A stretch of DNA of 62,521 bases, counting the filler, from Bonamia ostreae (Eukaryota), in assembly GCA_040357525.1 (NCBI GenBank). It is 36 parts of 36 records of this genome, joined end to end, with 100 filler letters (N's around TTAATTAATTAA, not from the genome) between each part and the next. Parts side by side here need not be neighbours in the genome. Positions count along the whole stretch, not along the records: positions 52,238 to 53,868 come from JBDODL010001528.1; positions 53,969 to 55,599 come from JBDODL010001529.1; positions 55,700 to 57,330 come from JBDODL010001530.1; positions 57,431 to 59,061 come from JBDODL010001531.1; positions 59,162 to 60,791 come from JBDODL010001532.1; positions 60,892 to 62,521 come from JBDODL010001533.1; 30 more parts are not named here. One strand, 5' to 3'. Both the position numbers and the translations under genes were made by a program. The notes under the pieces are model-generated. The model made no database searches. It saw nothing but the letters and a program-made list of their open reading frames with translations, and was not told the origin of the DNA. Shown here piece by piece: positions 52,138 through 62,521 of the stretch. Every line of letters starts with the position of its first letter. Position 1 is the stretch's first letter.

Positions 52138-52380
52138 NNNNNNNNNNNNNNNNNNNNNNNNNNNNNNNNNNNNNNNNNNNNTTAATTAATTAANNNNNNN
52201 NNNNNNNNNNNNNNNNNNNNNNNNNNNNNNNNNNNNNAAATAATGGACGAAAATTAATGAAAATCGATTAAATTAAAAATCAATAATTTGCGATAAATTT
52301 GTTATTGAGCGCAAATTGGCGACATTTTCAAAATAAATGTCGTTTCCGCATTAAAATTGAGAATATATCGAAACAAATTA

Positions 52381-52982
52381 ATGGCCGGAAAACCGAAAAA
52401 TGTCGTATTCGCAGAAGACGGAGATGTCCTAATAAAGAAAACGAAAGAACAAAAGTCCGAAAGCTTAAGAATTGACGGCAATAAATTTTTTGCGAAGGGC
52501 GACTTCGAATCTGCGACGAAACTTTATTCGGACTCGATTTTGGAAAAGGAAAACCACCTTTCGTATTGCAACAGATCGCTTTGCCACATCAAATTAAAAA
52601 AGTTCAAATTTTCGATATCAGTTTCAAAGCAGCTTTAATCGACGCCGAAAAAAGCTTGAAAATATCTCCCAATTTTGTGAAAGCAGTTTTTAGAAAGGGA
52701 ATTGCGAAGAAGTACTTGAATGACCTGGACGGAGCGTTGCAAAGTTTTTCAAAGGCGAAAAAACTTTTAAGCGACAAAAAAGATATTTCGACGAAAAGTT
52801 TTCTGAGCTACGTTGAAACGGAAATAACTTATCTCGAAACCAAAAAAGAGCACCAAAAATCCCAAAAAAGCTTGAAAACGACGACGAAACCCGTTTTCGA
52901 AGAATATTTTGGCGACAAAACAAATTCCGCCGACAAACCTTACAAGTACGTTCTTGACAAGGACATCGAGGACATCTCTTGA
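52381..52982 (+). CDS. TPR-repeat co-chaperone-like protein; 20-nt intron 52602-52621
   Basis: GNKFFAKGDFESATKLYSDSI..YCNRSLCHIKLKN|FKAALIDAEKSLKISPNFVKAVFRKG gives three TPRs with carboxylate-clamp-like residues. Confidence 0.88.
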
Positions 52983-53140
52983 AATACTAAAATAAATTTT
53001 AGCATTGTCTATTTTTTTGATTAAATGTTTTAAATGGCTCGATATTGTTAAATAAGAATCCATTAAAGCAGAAATGCATTGGACAGAAAATTGCGACTTA
53101 AAACTTTATTACAAGTTTTGTAATAATCGCAAAACAAAAA

Positions 53141-53714
53141 ATGGCGAGGAAAAATCGCCCCAAACGCAAAAACAGAACGAAAGTGGACACTTATTGCGAA
53201 ATCGACAGCCTCAAAAAATCTTCCGCGACCAGCAAAGAATTGATCGTGGAACAACTGACAACCGCCATTAACCAAAAAAGCGCAAACGAGATTTCGGAGT
53301 TCGAAGCTAAAAAAGAGCTTTGTCTAAAATATCAACGGCGATTTTATGGCTTCGATTTGAGCGTTTTTGACTAATTAAAAGTTTCTTCCTGAAGATTATC
53401 GGCATCTCCAATTCTTCTCTCCCGCCATTTTCGTGTCGAAAGAGGCCATTAAAACAGACGAGAAAACGATTAAATATATTACGGAAAAAGCCCAAAACAG
53501 GACTTTGCAAAAAAATTTGTTGTTGTTTAATGGCGAAGTCTGTTTTAATTTTTTGAATTTTCAAAACAGATTTGATAACGACTTTGACGGAACGTTCTTT
53601 TTATGCGAAGAATGTCCTAAAAACAGCTTTAAATTCCGATTTGGTGATCGTTTTGTTGCCGTTTATGATATTGATCGCAATGTTTTATTGTAAATTGTTC
53701 AAGTTTTGCAAATG
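53141..53714 (+). CDS. Hypothetical protein; 19-nt intron 53363-53381; 3' structure uncertain (possible C-terminal TM via intron 53542-53569)
   Basis: ORFs 53141-53374 and 53433-53693 join in frame via GTTTTTGACTAATTAAAAG. Confidence 0.55.
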
Positions 53715-55768
53715 ACGGAAAGTGCGGTAAAGCACGATTTGTTTGTTCGATTGAAATTTTGGCGGATCGATGTTTGAAATTTGACAATTAAATTTTTTCT
53801 AAAATAATTTATTTAAAGCTTATTTTTGTTTCTTTTTTTTTGCCTTTTTTTGTTTTTTGTTTTATGTTNNNNNNNNNNNNNNNNNNNNNNNNNNNNNNNN
53901 NNNNNNNNNNNNTTAATTAATTAANNNNNNNNNNNNNNNNNNNNNNNNNNNNNNNNNNNNNNNNNNNNAAGGTATGGGGATTAAGACAGTTGTGACTTGT
54001 CAACAAGGGACACCTAACCTTCCTAGGTCCATCACCAATATGTCAAGTGGTCCGTGTTTCCCTTACTCTCTGTGTTTTATACAATTTATTAGATTAGGCA
54101 CTGTTGCTTATCTTCCATTTTCTATCCTCACTAGAATGATATCATTTTTGCAAATGTCAGTGAAGCATATTATTCCTTATAATACCATCAACTTGTTAGC
54201 TAAACTGTATTAGAAATGTTCATACTTGATTAACTATAAGGAAAAACTTATCTACGACAACAAGTATTTGATACAATTGTAACAATACTTCTTTTCATTA
54301 GGGATGCCCGAGTTCACAGGGACTTTTCTACTCCTTGATGTCGAAAATAACAGCCATTCTAACGAAATGAGTGGACGGTGAAGCCAATGAATACCGGAAA
54401 GCGATGTATATTAACACTACTATAACCGGATTGTAAAACCCCAGTACTATTTTGATGAGCTGTAATAAAGTATTATATATTTTACTTTATTTTGTGACAT
54501 GTCATTTGTTTACGGTATAAATCTCCTTTTTTACATTTGATTTGTGTATATATGTGTTGTATCAGTTGGCATAATTAAATAACATTTCAAATTGTTCTCC
54601 TACTGCTTTAAATCTATACTGCTGACATAATTAAAATGAGTTGAAATACATTAACAACATATCTGAATACAAATATCAAAACATTAACTGACTTCTTAAT
54701 CCTGTCATCTTTCAAAACTGAAAGGCAGAACTTTTCGATATGCTTCGATATACATGTACATACAACGTATTTTGCCGCAATATATGTGAGAGGGGATGAT
54801 GTAAATGAAATATGGACTCTAAAACGTTCAAGAATCATTTAGTAAATTTGTATTGACAAGGGACAGATATAATGGAAAACTATTCACTAAATACCTTTTA
54901 CAACTAAGTAAAAAATTCAAAATGCAATACTTTGAAAACAGATTAATTGAAAACATTATAACAATTCCAAATTAGAAAAGGTAAGCTCTCAAATGTGTGT
55001 GTTTTATCAGAGAGAGGAGGAAACTATAGAAACATATAATGAATGNNNNNNNNNNGCCTAACTATGTTAATGAATAAATTAATAAAGCATTTTATTTGTT
55101 TAAATATAATGTGGTTATTTATTTTTTTACAATCTTTTCTAGATTTTTTTGAGCTTGTAATTAAAACTTATTACAAATCAATTTCTTTTCAAAAATTTTT
55201 TTTTATTTTAGGAATCAATATATCAGTAGGGTATACAAAATACTATGTTTATGCAGTAAAATGCACTGAAAAATCATTGATTGTTCGGTTTTATGAAACA
55301 TAAAAATTCACTTTTTTTCAAATATGGTGTAATTGAGATATTTTGTGTCTTGTGAAACAGAGGGTACCCAATCGTTTAATCTATCTCTCCCTCTATCAAA
55401 AAATCAGAAAGGTCTTTCCTACACGATTTTGGTATGCATTTTCGCATTGCTAAATATATATAGAATGTCTCGATAATACAATAAAATGTAAGCACAAAAT
55501 ATCTCCAAAGTCATTTACAGCATCAAAGCGTACAACTTTTGAATACTTTAAACCACATGGACATTTTGAACCATATAGGAGTTATGAGATTGATCACTGN
55601 NNNNNNNNNNNNNNNNNNNNNNNNNNNNNNNNNNNNNNNNNNNTTAATTAATTAANNNNNNNNNNNNNNNNNNNNNNNNNNNNNNNNNNNNNNNNNNNNT
55701 CGAAAATTTGCAATAATTCGAAAAATTTAAAAAAGAAACGGGCGTTCGAATTAATAAAAGACGGCAAC

Positions 55769-56329
55769 GTGATGTGGACAACAGCCATTAAAAAATCACG
55801 CAACCCGCCCGAAAACTTTTATTTACACCATCCACTCGTCCGCAACGGCGAAATTCAGTCAATCGAAACCGACCCAAATTCTCTAGACGAAGACGCGCTT
55901 CTCAACCACGCAATGGGCCTTTCACTCGCAGACCGCGTTCGAAAAGAATGGAAAAACATCAATCGCAAAAAGGCGTTTTTCCAGTTGCGTTATTTGCGCC
56001 ACAAATTGCAAACAGAACGAAGAAAAAACGAATTTCTGGTGGAATCCGTCGAACAAATCGCGCCGCAGAATCTGAGCGCGATTGAATTGAACATGGCTCA
56101 GATCGAATTGGCAAATCCGTCGCCCAGCGAAACGGGGTCGGAAATGCTTTTTGAGAACGAAGAAGAAGAAGTCGACACAAAAATTGGACAAATCACTCAA
56201 AAAGCGATTTCAGACAAAATGGACAGAGTTTCGGGGGAAAGCGGTTTGTTGGAAAAGGGCGATAAGAATGTTAAGAATATTGATAAAATGAGTCTACTTG
56301 AAGCCGGAAAGGGAATCGTGAATAAATAA
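55769..56329 (+). CDS. Hypothetical coiled-coil protein, 3' part
   Basis: 186-aa ORF with coding-like composition and an acidic tract. No family recognised. Confidence 0.6.
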   Translation: MMWTTAIKKSRNPPENFYLHHPLVRNGEIQSIETDPNSLDEDALLNHAMGLSLADRVRKEWKNINRKKAFFQLRYLRHKLQTERRKNEFLVESVEQIAPQNLSAIELNMAQIELANPSPSETGSEMLFENEEEEVDTKIGQITQKAISDKMDRVSGESGLLEKGDKNVKNIDKMSLLEAGKGIVNK

Positions 56330-56413
56330 TTTTGACTTAAAACTTGTTATCACTTAATATTCAAAACTTCTGTTACTACTTTTTACAAATCGAAAAAATT
56401 TATTGCATCTGAA

Positions 56414-56627
56414 AACAACATTTGAAAACAATTGTCGTTTTTAAGTTCAAAAAGACTTTTTAAATTATTTTTGGGCAATTTTAGCATCAAATTTTCAAGA
56501 AAATATCTTTTTAACAACATTTGGAAACAATTGTCGTTTTTAAGTTCAAAAAGACTTTTTAAATTATTTTTGGGCAATTTTAGCATCAAATTTTCAATAA
56601 AAATTTTTTTTAACAACATTTGAAAAT
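56414..56627. repeat. 99-bp direct tandem duplication between convergent genes
   Basis: AACAACATTTG.AAACAATTGTCGTTTTTAAGTTCAAAAAGACTTTTT.. starts at 56414, 56513 and (partially) 56612. Confidence 0.9.
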
Positions 56628-56705
56628 AAAATTAGATTTTTAATTTATTTTTGGCCGCTTTTTAAGATAAAAAAGATTTTTCAAACAAAAAACTGGTTAT
56701 AATAT

Positions 56706-57287
56706 TTACTTTTCCTCTTTCTCTTGATCATTATCTTTGTCATCGCCATTTTCGCCATTATTATTGTCATCGCCATTTTCGCCATTATTATTGTCATCGC
56801 CATTTTCGCCAATATCTTTGCCATCGCCATTTTCGCCATTATTATTGTCATCGCCATTTTGATCATCTTTTTTGACATCCGGTTTCTTCCTATTGAAAAC
56901 AAGATCACAAGCGATTTTCAATTCTCTCGTTTTCTCGTTGATATCTCCAACTTTGACGGAACATTCTTCCGGCAAAGGACAAGTCGACCGAATAGCAGTT
57001 GCAGTCTCCAACCATTTCTCACAGTCCTTCAGATTTTCAGAGACACTTTCCAATTCTTCTTTGGAAAGATGATCATATTTTTCAGACTTTTGAAGGGCTT
57101 CGTTGAGCAGCGCTCGATTTTTGTTGATGAGATCGGTCAAATTTGCGGCGGTTGGCGAAAATGTTTCGTTTTCTGTAATAAGAGACAGAACAGATTTTTT
57201 CTGTTTTGAAGCAATTTGAAGAAGATTTTCTAATTTTGGGATGTTTTTGGGGTCGTCGGAGTCGGACGAATAAATATAATTTTCGGT
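56706..57287 (-). CDS. Hsp110/SSE-family Hsp70 chaperone, last exon, with C-terminal NGDDNNNGE repeats
   Basis: TENYIYS (compare TENWLYE) and KYDHLSKEELESV..CEKWL..VKVGDINEKTREL..C..VFNRKKP match the Hsp110 C-terminus. Confidence 0.78.
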   Translation of the reverse strand, partial: TENYIYSSDSDDPKNIPKLENLLQIASKQKKSVLSLITENETFSPTAANLTDLINKNRALLNEALQKSEKYDHLSKEELESVSENLKDCEKWLETATAIRSTCPLPEECSVKVGDINEKTRELKIACDLVFNRKKPDVKKDDQNGDDNNNGENGDGKDIGENGDDNNNGENGDDNNNGENGDDKDNDQEKEEK

Positions 57288-57509
57288 CTTGTTTTAGTTT
57301 TTCAAAATTTTGATGTTGATAAAAATTGACNNNNNNNNNNNNNNNNNNNNNNNNNNNNNNNNNNNNNNNNNNNNTTAATTAATTAANNNNNNNNNNNNNN
57401 NNNNNNNNNNNNNNNNNNNNNNNNNNNNNNTTAAATTGAAACAAAAACATAATTTTAGCAAACGAACAAAAAATTTACTATAAACGAAATTGAATAAAAG
57501 CAAAAATAT

Positions 57510-57773
57510 TCAACAATTTTTGCGAAAACCTTTCGGATAAAACTTGTCTGGCAAAATGAAATACCAAACGCATCTCGGACAAAACCTGTAACCGCAAATA
57601 TGGCAATCGGATAGCTCTGCAGAAAAAGTCTTGCACATGATGCACAAGTTGCCAATGCTGCAATTCAGATCCGGTGGCTCCATGTCCTCAGAGCTCTCGA
57701 AAATTTCCATCATTCTCGAGTTCACTAAATCTGGAAAACATGCGTCTAAAACCAATTCTACTTTAAGTTCCAT
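57510..57773 (-). CDS. Small FYVE-like zinc-finger protein (degenerate; may be spliced further)
   Basis: CIMC..F..CHICGYRFCPRC..LP has FYVE-type spacing but lacks the R(R/K)HHCR motif. Confidence 0.55.
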   Translation of the reverse strand: MELKVELVLDACFPDLVNSRMMEIFESSEDMEPPDLNCSIGNLCIMCKTFSAELSDCHICGYRFCPRCVWYFILPDKFYPKGFRKNC

Positions 57774-57844
57774 TAATTTTCTTATGTTAAAGCTTTAATT
57801 ATTTTAAAATATTAAGGCTTTTTCATATAAGTAAATTGCCATAA

Positions 57845-58981
57845 ATGATCATCTTGCCAGCTACGAACACTATATTGAGACAAACTGTTTTCAAAAGACT
57901 GTCGCAGAACAAGAAAGAAGCTTGCGAATTCACGTTTAGCGATTTCGACAGCGTCTCTTTCCGGGTGAGCACTCCTTTGGAAGACAAAGAGAGCCTCTTT
58001 ATAGAGATGAACGTTCCGTTTTGGGAAGACATTAAAGATGTGGGCGCACAGGAAGGACTGGAGAAGTTTTATGGCGACTTCCTCGAGTCGGTCGAAAATC
58101 AGACGGTGCGCTTGAAGGTCGCCATCGACGACTTTAAGGACGAGGAAAAAAGCGAGGAATTTAGCGAATTGGTGTCCAACATGAAAAACAACATTATTTG
58201 CGAAGTGCTCAAAATTCGCTTCCGCACTGTAAAAGCGCAAGCGCCGCCCAAAGCGATCGCCAAAATCGCTTTGCGCGAAGACACAACAATTTTTGTGCAG
58301 TCTTTGAACGACAGAATTTTCGTTCATTTTGCATTGACCTTCGAAGGAAAAACTGACAAAATCATCGGGAATCTTTTCATGTCGGTTTTTGATTAAGCTT
58401 TTCTTGTTTATGTAGATCTGATAATAAATATGTTCGTCGATTATTAAAAGTTTAATGTTTATTGTTTCGTATGTTTCTTTGTTATGATTTTGAGCATTAA
58501 ATATTGTAACGACTATATGGATTGTTGTTAATATCTTAAGCTAGCTTAAAGCTAGAAAATGTAATTGAACTTTGAATTGTAAAATAGTCTTTAAATGATC
58601 CTTCCAAAAGGAGTTTGTGGAAACAAAAAGAAAACTTGGCGCGGCCCCTTTATGCGCTTTCAGTTCCAGCCCTCCTTTAAAGCTCAAATCGGAAATAGAC
58701 GAAAATAAATATAAAGACCGCACATTTTTGACATTGAGTTTTATTTTGAAAATTAAGCGCTTCTTCCAAAACATGTCGAAACAGAGGAAAAGATTACATC
58801 GGCTGCAGAATCAATGCTCGGGTTTAGGCAGTTCATAAGCTACCATATAAAATCTTCAAAATCGTATTTCCATCAAAGAATGCGAGCCCAAGTCGAATTG
58901 ATGCTGAAAATTCTGAACAGAGCCAAAGTTGAAAAAGAGAAAAAGTCGAAAACTTATTCGGGAAAAACATTCAAAAGATGA
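57845..58981 (+). CDS. ARPC2: Arp2/3 complex subunit 2 (p34-Arc), complete; introns 58385-58610 (226 nt) and 58738-58757 (20 nt)
   Basis: MIILPATNTIL..SDFDSVSF..DRIFVHF..DKIIGNLFMS|EFVE..AP..SPPL..TLLPKH..FRQFISYHIKSSKSYFHQRMRA..LKILNRAK..KTYSGKTFKR*. Confidence 0.96.
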
Positions 58982-59562
58982 TATTGTAAATCGCTGCAGC
59001 TTTTTTATTTGTGTGGCACATTTTGTAGAAAATTTTGGAAAATTTTGCTCGGAAAACGTTTNNNNNNNNNNNNNNNNNNNNNNNNNNNNNNNNNNNNNNN
59101 NNNNNTTAATTAATTAANNNNNNNNNNNNNNNNNNNNNNNNNNNNNNNNNNNNNNNNNNNNTAAATTTTAACTCTAAAATAGTTAAATATTGAAATATTT
59201 GATACTTTTAAACGCTTCAAAAGTTACGTTTAACAACGCCAAATATTATTAGCATCGCGATATATATCATATTATATATTATCATTGTACGTGATTCATT
59301 TAAAAAAAATATCTTCATTCAATGCTTTAGAAACGCCACCAGATACAATCCGAGAAATTTAAAGACCGCATGTCCGATCTAACAAGCTTATATGGCTCCA
59401 TTTTGTTTGTTACGATTACGTGTCGTTCAGATAGCACGTGAGAAGAAACAGCTTATTTCCTTTCAAACCAGGTAGATATCTTGACATACGGAGAGAAAAT
59501 GCTTACGGTAAAGCTCCGTTTAATTTTCCTTTACGCGATTCTGTATATCCCGTTCGTCGCCT

Positions 59563-59813
59563 ATGCGAACAATTCTAAGAATTGTGAAAAGTGTACCTTT
59601 TTTCGCTTTATCTGCTACCCTACTCTGGTTGATAATAGGTGAGTGGAAAACTTTCTTGTTCTGTGGGTATAAATATTTTTAAATAATTGTGAATTAATCA
59701 TGACACCACTTTATTTAAAGTGACTATCATGTGGTACGTAAATACAGTAGCTGCGAGAGGACGTACCACGTCGGATGCAGTTTTTGGCGTTGGGGAAGAT
59801 GTACAAGACACAA
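59563..59813 (+). CDS. First two exons (59563-59638, 59721-59813) of an animal-like type II membrane or secreted protein
   Basis: MRTILRIVKSVPFFALSATLLWLII|VTIMWYVNTVAARGRTTSD.. Both exons end in canonical GTGAGT donors with compatible phase. Confidence 0.5.
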
Positions 59814-60945
59814 GTGAGTTTTTTGTTGTTTTTGTTTTTTTACATTTCTCAGTATTAATCAAAGAGTGTCTCTCGGAGACTGTCCTAAGCAAACTTATAC
59901 ATTATATAACTCTTCTCAGTCACATAGTCTTTTCTCTGGTACTGCAACAAAGGAAAATAATAAGCCACACAATCTGTAGAAGATCTTTGTGTATAAAGAA
60001 ATTAACACAAAATAGGAAAGTAAGAAAGGAAAAATATGTGAATAATGATAAATGTATATACAAGGGTATTCCACCAGAAAATACGTTTTAAATTACACAT
60101 GCTAAAATCTATCATAGATATCTAACCCCAGAAGAAAATCCGATATTGACAAAAATTAGCTGCATAGTTTATTCATACTTGGTAAATGCCATCTTTGCCA
60201 TTCTGTATAAATAATTAGTCGCATTTGTTTTGCCAGTTTATGGTTAATTATATTTTTTCATTATACAGTATGAGGTGTAGTTATGCCATGTAGACTTTTA
60301 TGTGCTTTTTGATTTTTTTTTTTATAACATAAGGACAGTTGTAAAGTATGTTATTTTTCTATTACACTGTTCAGTGACCTCAATCGTTGGCATTTTCTTT
60401 TCATAAATGCTCTTAAACAACATAACTTGAATTACTCTTATCATTTAAAAGGAGAGTAGACTTGGGTAGAAAAACCTTATCATAGTTTGTAATTGAGTTG
60501 TTAAATGTCCGATATGATGGTATGATGCTTTATTGCATACGTACTAATTAGAATTCATTATTTGGGTATTGTATAATTGGGTATTGTTCCTTAGCACATG
60601 GTTTATTTCATTTACATAGTGTTGATTATAGAAAGTTTAGAACACTCATTTTGGACACGAGGAAGAAAAAAAAAAAAAACCCACTGATCTGTTCCTTGAG
60701 CATTCTCTTTTGGTGTTCTTTGCAAAAAAGATGAATGAATATTCCGTGCAATGTATAAAGGGTTTTAGCGGTCTTATTATCATTGGTCCTGNNNNNNNNN
60801 NNNNNNNNNNNNNNNNNNNNNNNNNNNNNNNNNNNTTAATTAATTAANNNNNNNNNNNNNNNNNNNNNNNNNNNNNNNNNNNNNNNNNNNNTAAACTGTA
60901 TAGTAACAGCTACAAATGACTTGTTTTTTTTAAATTAACCTTTAG

Positions 60946-62488
60946 ATGCAAAGAAAATCAACACAGCAAAAGACCTTTATCTTCGAGCAGAACGCCTTGA
61001 AGATATTTTCGAAAAACTAGACGAAGCAATTGCAGAGGACAAAGTCAAATTGGCCTACAAAACAATGAGGAAACTTGAAAAAATGACGAAAGAAAGCGTT
61101 AATCCTTACGAATTCGCAACATCTGAAGTGATTTGTTTTCTCGTCGACACCTTGCTCGCGTTTTCGAACGAGAAGGTTTCCGATTTGACGAGAAAAATGA
61201 TAACTTATATTGATCAAAACACAAAATTTCGCACTGATTCTATTCTTGACGCCATTTACAACAAATTGCCAGAGCATCTTATAAACTTGAATCATGCGCA
61301 CAGTGTGTTCGAAATGCTTCGATGTCTCATCCGGTCTCAACATAACATAAATTCTTACAAGTTTTATTTACTGTCTTGTTGTTACATTCACTTATCTGTA
61401 TTTTATGTTTTGAACTTATTGTTTATTTGCATTTATTTGGGCGATTTTTGTTCGATACACTTACACACTGTTACATACACTATATAAATAACATTTAAAA
61501 AGTATCAGGGAAATTTATAAAGATCGTGCAAAAGACTTTGATAGACAATGTGGTCATTACAATAATAAAGTCTTGAAAAAGATTGTAAACATTGCATTGG
61601 ATTATAAAAACGACTACAGTCTCCAAAACGCAGTCGTCGGAATATTCTTAAGACTGGAATTGAATGGAATGGATAATGCCAAAATAATGTTCAAACATGT
61701 TTTATAAAACAACGATGACAGATGAGAAAATTGATGAAAAAGGGAAATTGTGACAAAGTGCGTTTTTTCGCCCTAAAAACGGTAGCTCTCTACGCCTACA
61801 AAAGCATTTGGTGTCGAGACAGCGAAGATAGGATATTTGAAATGTTGCTTGAGATGATTGCGAAAGAGCCTGAAAAGTTTGGAACAGCTTGTTTTGAGTT
61901 GATGATGGATTTGGTGTATGTAGAAGTGGAAATTTATTACAAAGTGCTTTATAAAATGTTGGGTGCAGCTTGGGAGCACATTATCAATTCAAAGACTGAA
62001 GATACAAAATTAAGAACGGCATGTCAAAATTTTCTTTTGTTGGTGCACGAAAAAGTCTTTTGTCAAAATATTTAGTTCTAATATTTGATTATTTTGTTTT
62101 TGCCAATTTTCAAAATATTTTTTGACAAAAAAATAAAATTAAGAGCGAAGAGTTGGATTGTGGAGACATTTTTAAAGTAGATGTTGGTGTCGAGACTAAA
62201 GAGACTTTGATTGAATGGCTAAAGAGACATAACAAAGTATTTAAGATAAAATATTTGAATGATGGCGTTCCAGAGGAAATCTATTCGATCAATATGATGT
62301 ATTTTGAAATCGAAAAGTCTATTTTAATTTTATTTGATGATACACGTACATATTCAATAATTCTAACGATTTCTATTTTAATCAAAAACAGAGAAAAGGT
62401 TTGTGATAAGAAAAAGCATTTTTTACTTCGATGTTATAGCGCTGTGAAGAAAATGTTTCGGGGAGTTTATAAGAAGCCCTGTAATTAG
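60946..62488 (+). CDS. Alpha-solenoid (HEAT/ARM-like) hypothetical protein, 5' partial; introns include 61361-61502 and 61699-61721 (23 nt)
   Basis: Exons join in frame (..SYN|IREIYK..MFKH|MRKLMK..). Amphipathic helical repeats such as DKVRFFALKTV. Confidence 0.6.
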
Positions 62489-62521
62489 AAATATTGTACC
62501 ATTACATTTTTTATATTTTTT

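Noticed and set aside
51838-52185. Repetitive C-terminal extension of the NOA1-like ORF, and the antisense hydrophobic ORF 51708-52124
   Set aside because: These are translations of an intronic minisatellite after a GTTTTT donor.
56681-57209. Hydrophobic or Met-rich repeat ORFs (IIIVIAIFA, MAMTIIMAK), and similar ORFs at 24411-24702, 48721-49080 and 49064-49534
   Set aside because: They are alternative-frame or antisense shadows of tandem repeats and Lys-rich genes.
1651-60891. Regularly spaced TTAATTAATTAA palindromes as a biological repeat system
   Set aside because: They are always centred in 44+44 Ns at contig joins, so they are an assembly linker. ORFs ending in XXX-LIN or XXX-N are artefacts.
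1-62521. Gene neighbourhoods or operon-like systems across the window (e.g. Hsp90, Hsp110 and TPR co-chaperone together)
   Set aside because: The genes lie on separate contigs ordered only by length.

Overview
This window is not one locus. It is an artificial concatenation of 36 short contigs (1650 down to about 1630 bp, sorted by decreasing length), each joined by a 100-nt linker (N44-TTAATTAATTAA-N44, stops in all six frames). The contigs come from two eukaryotic populations. Seventeen are gene-dense, AT-rich protist-like contigs (G-alpha, WDR12, Cwc2, topoisomerase IB, Hsp90, Hsp110, ARPC2, a NOA1/YqeH GTPase, TPR, claudin-like, SMCHD1-like and others). Their introns are often tiny (19-33 nt) with atypical GTTTT donors and A-rich acceptors. 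Eighteen are gene-poor, animal-like contigs with repeats resembling oyster Helitron-borne satellites and Penelope-like relics, and canonical GTGAGT introns. One contig is an intact, very AT-rich LINE reverse transcriptase fragment. The best inference is an intracellular protist parasite of a bivalve (Ascetosporea/Haplosporida such as Bonamia would fit) co-assembled with host DNA; this is not proven from the sequence alone. The most interesting signals are the inverted-polarity intron grammar, a cluster of paralogous small secreted cysteine proteins, an SMCHD1-like gene in the protist fraction, and an in-frame TAA inside a conserved splicing-factor gene. All homology calls rest on motif recognition from memory; no searches were run.
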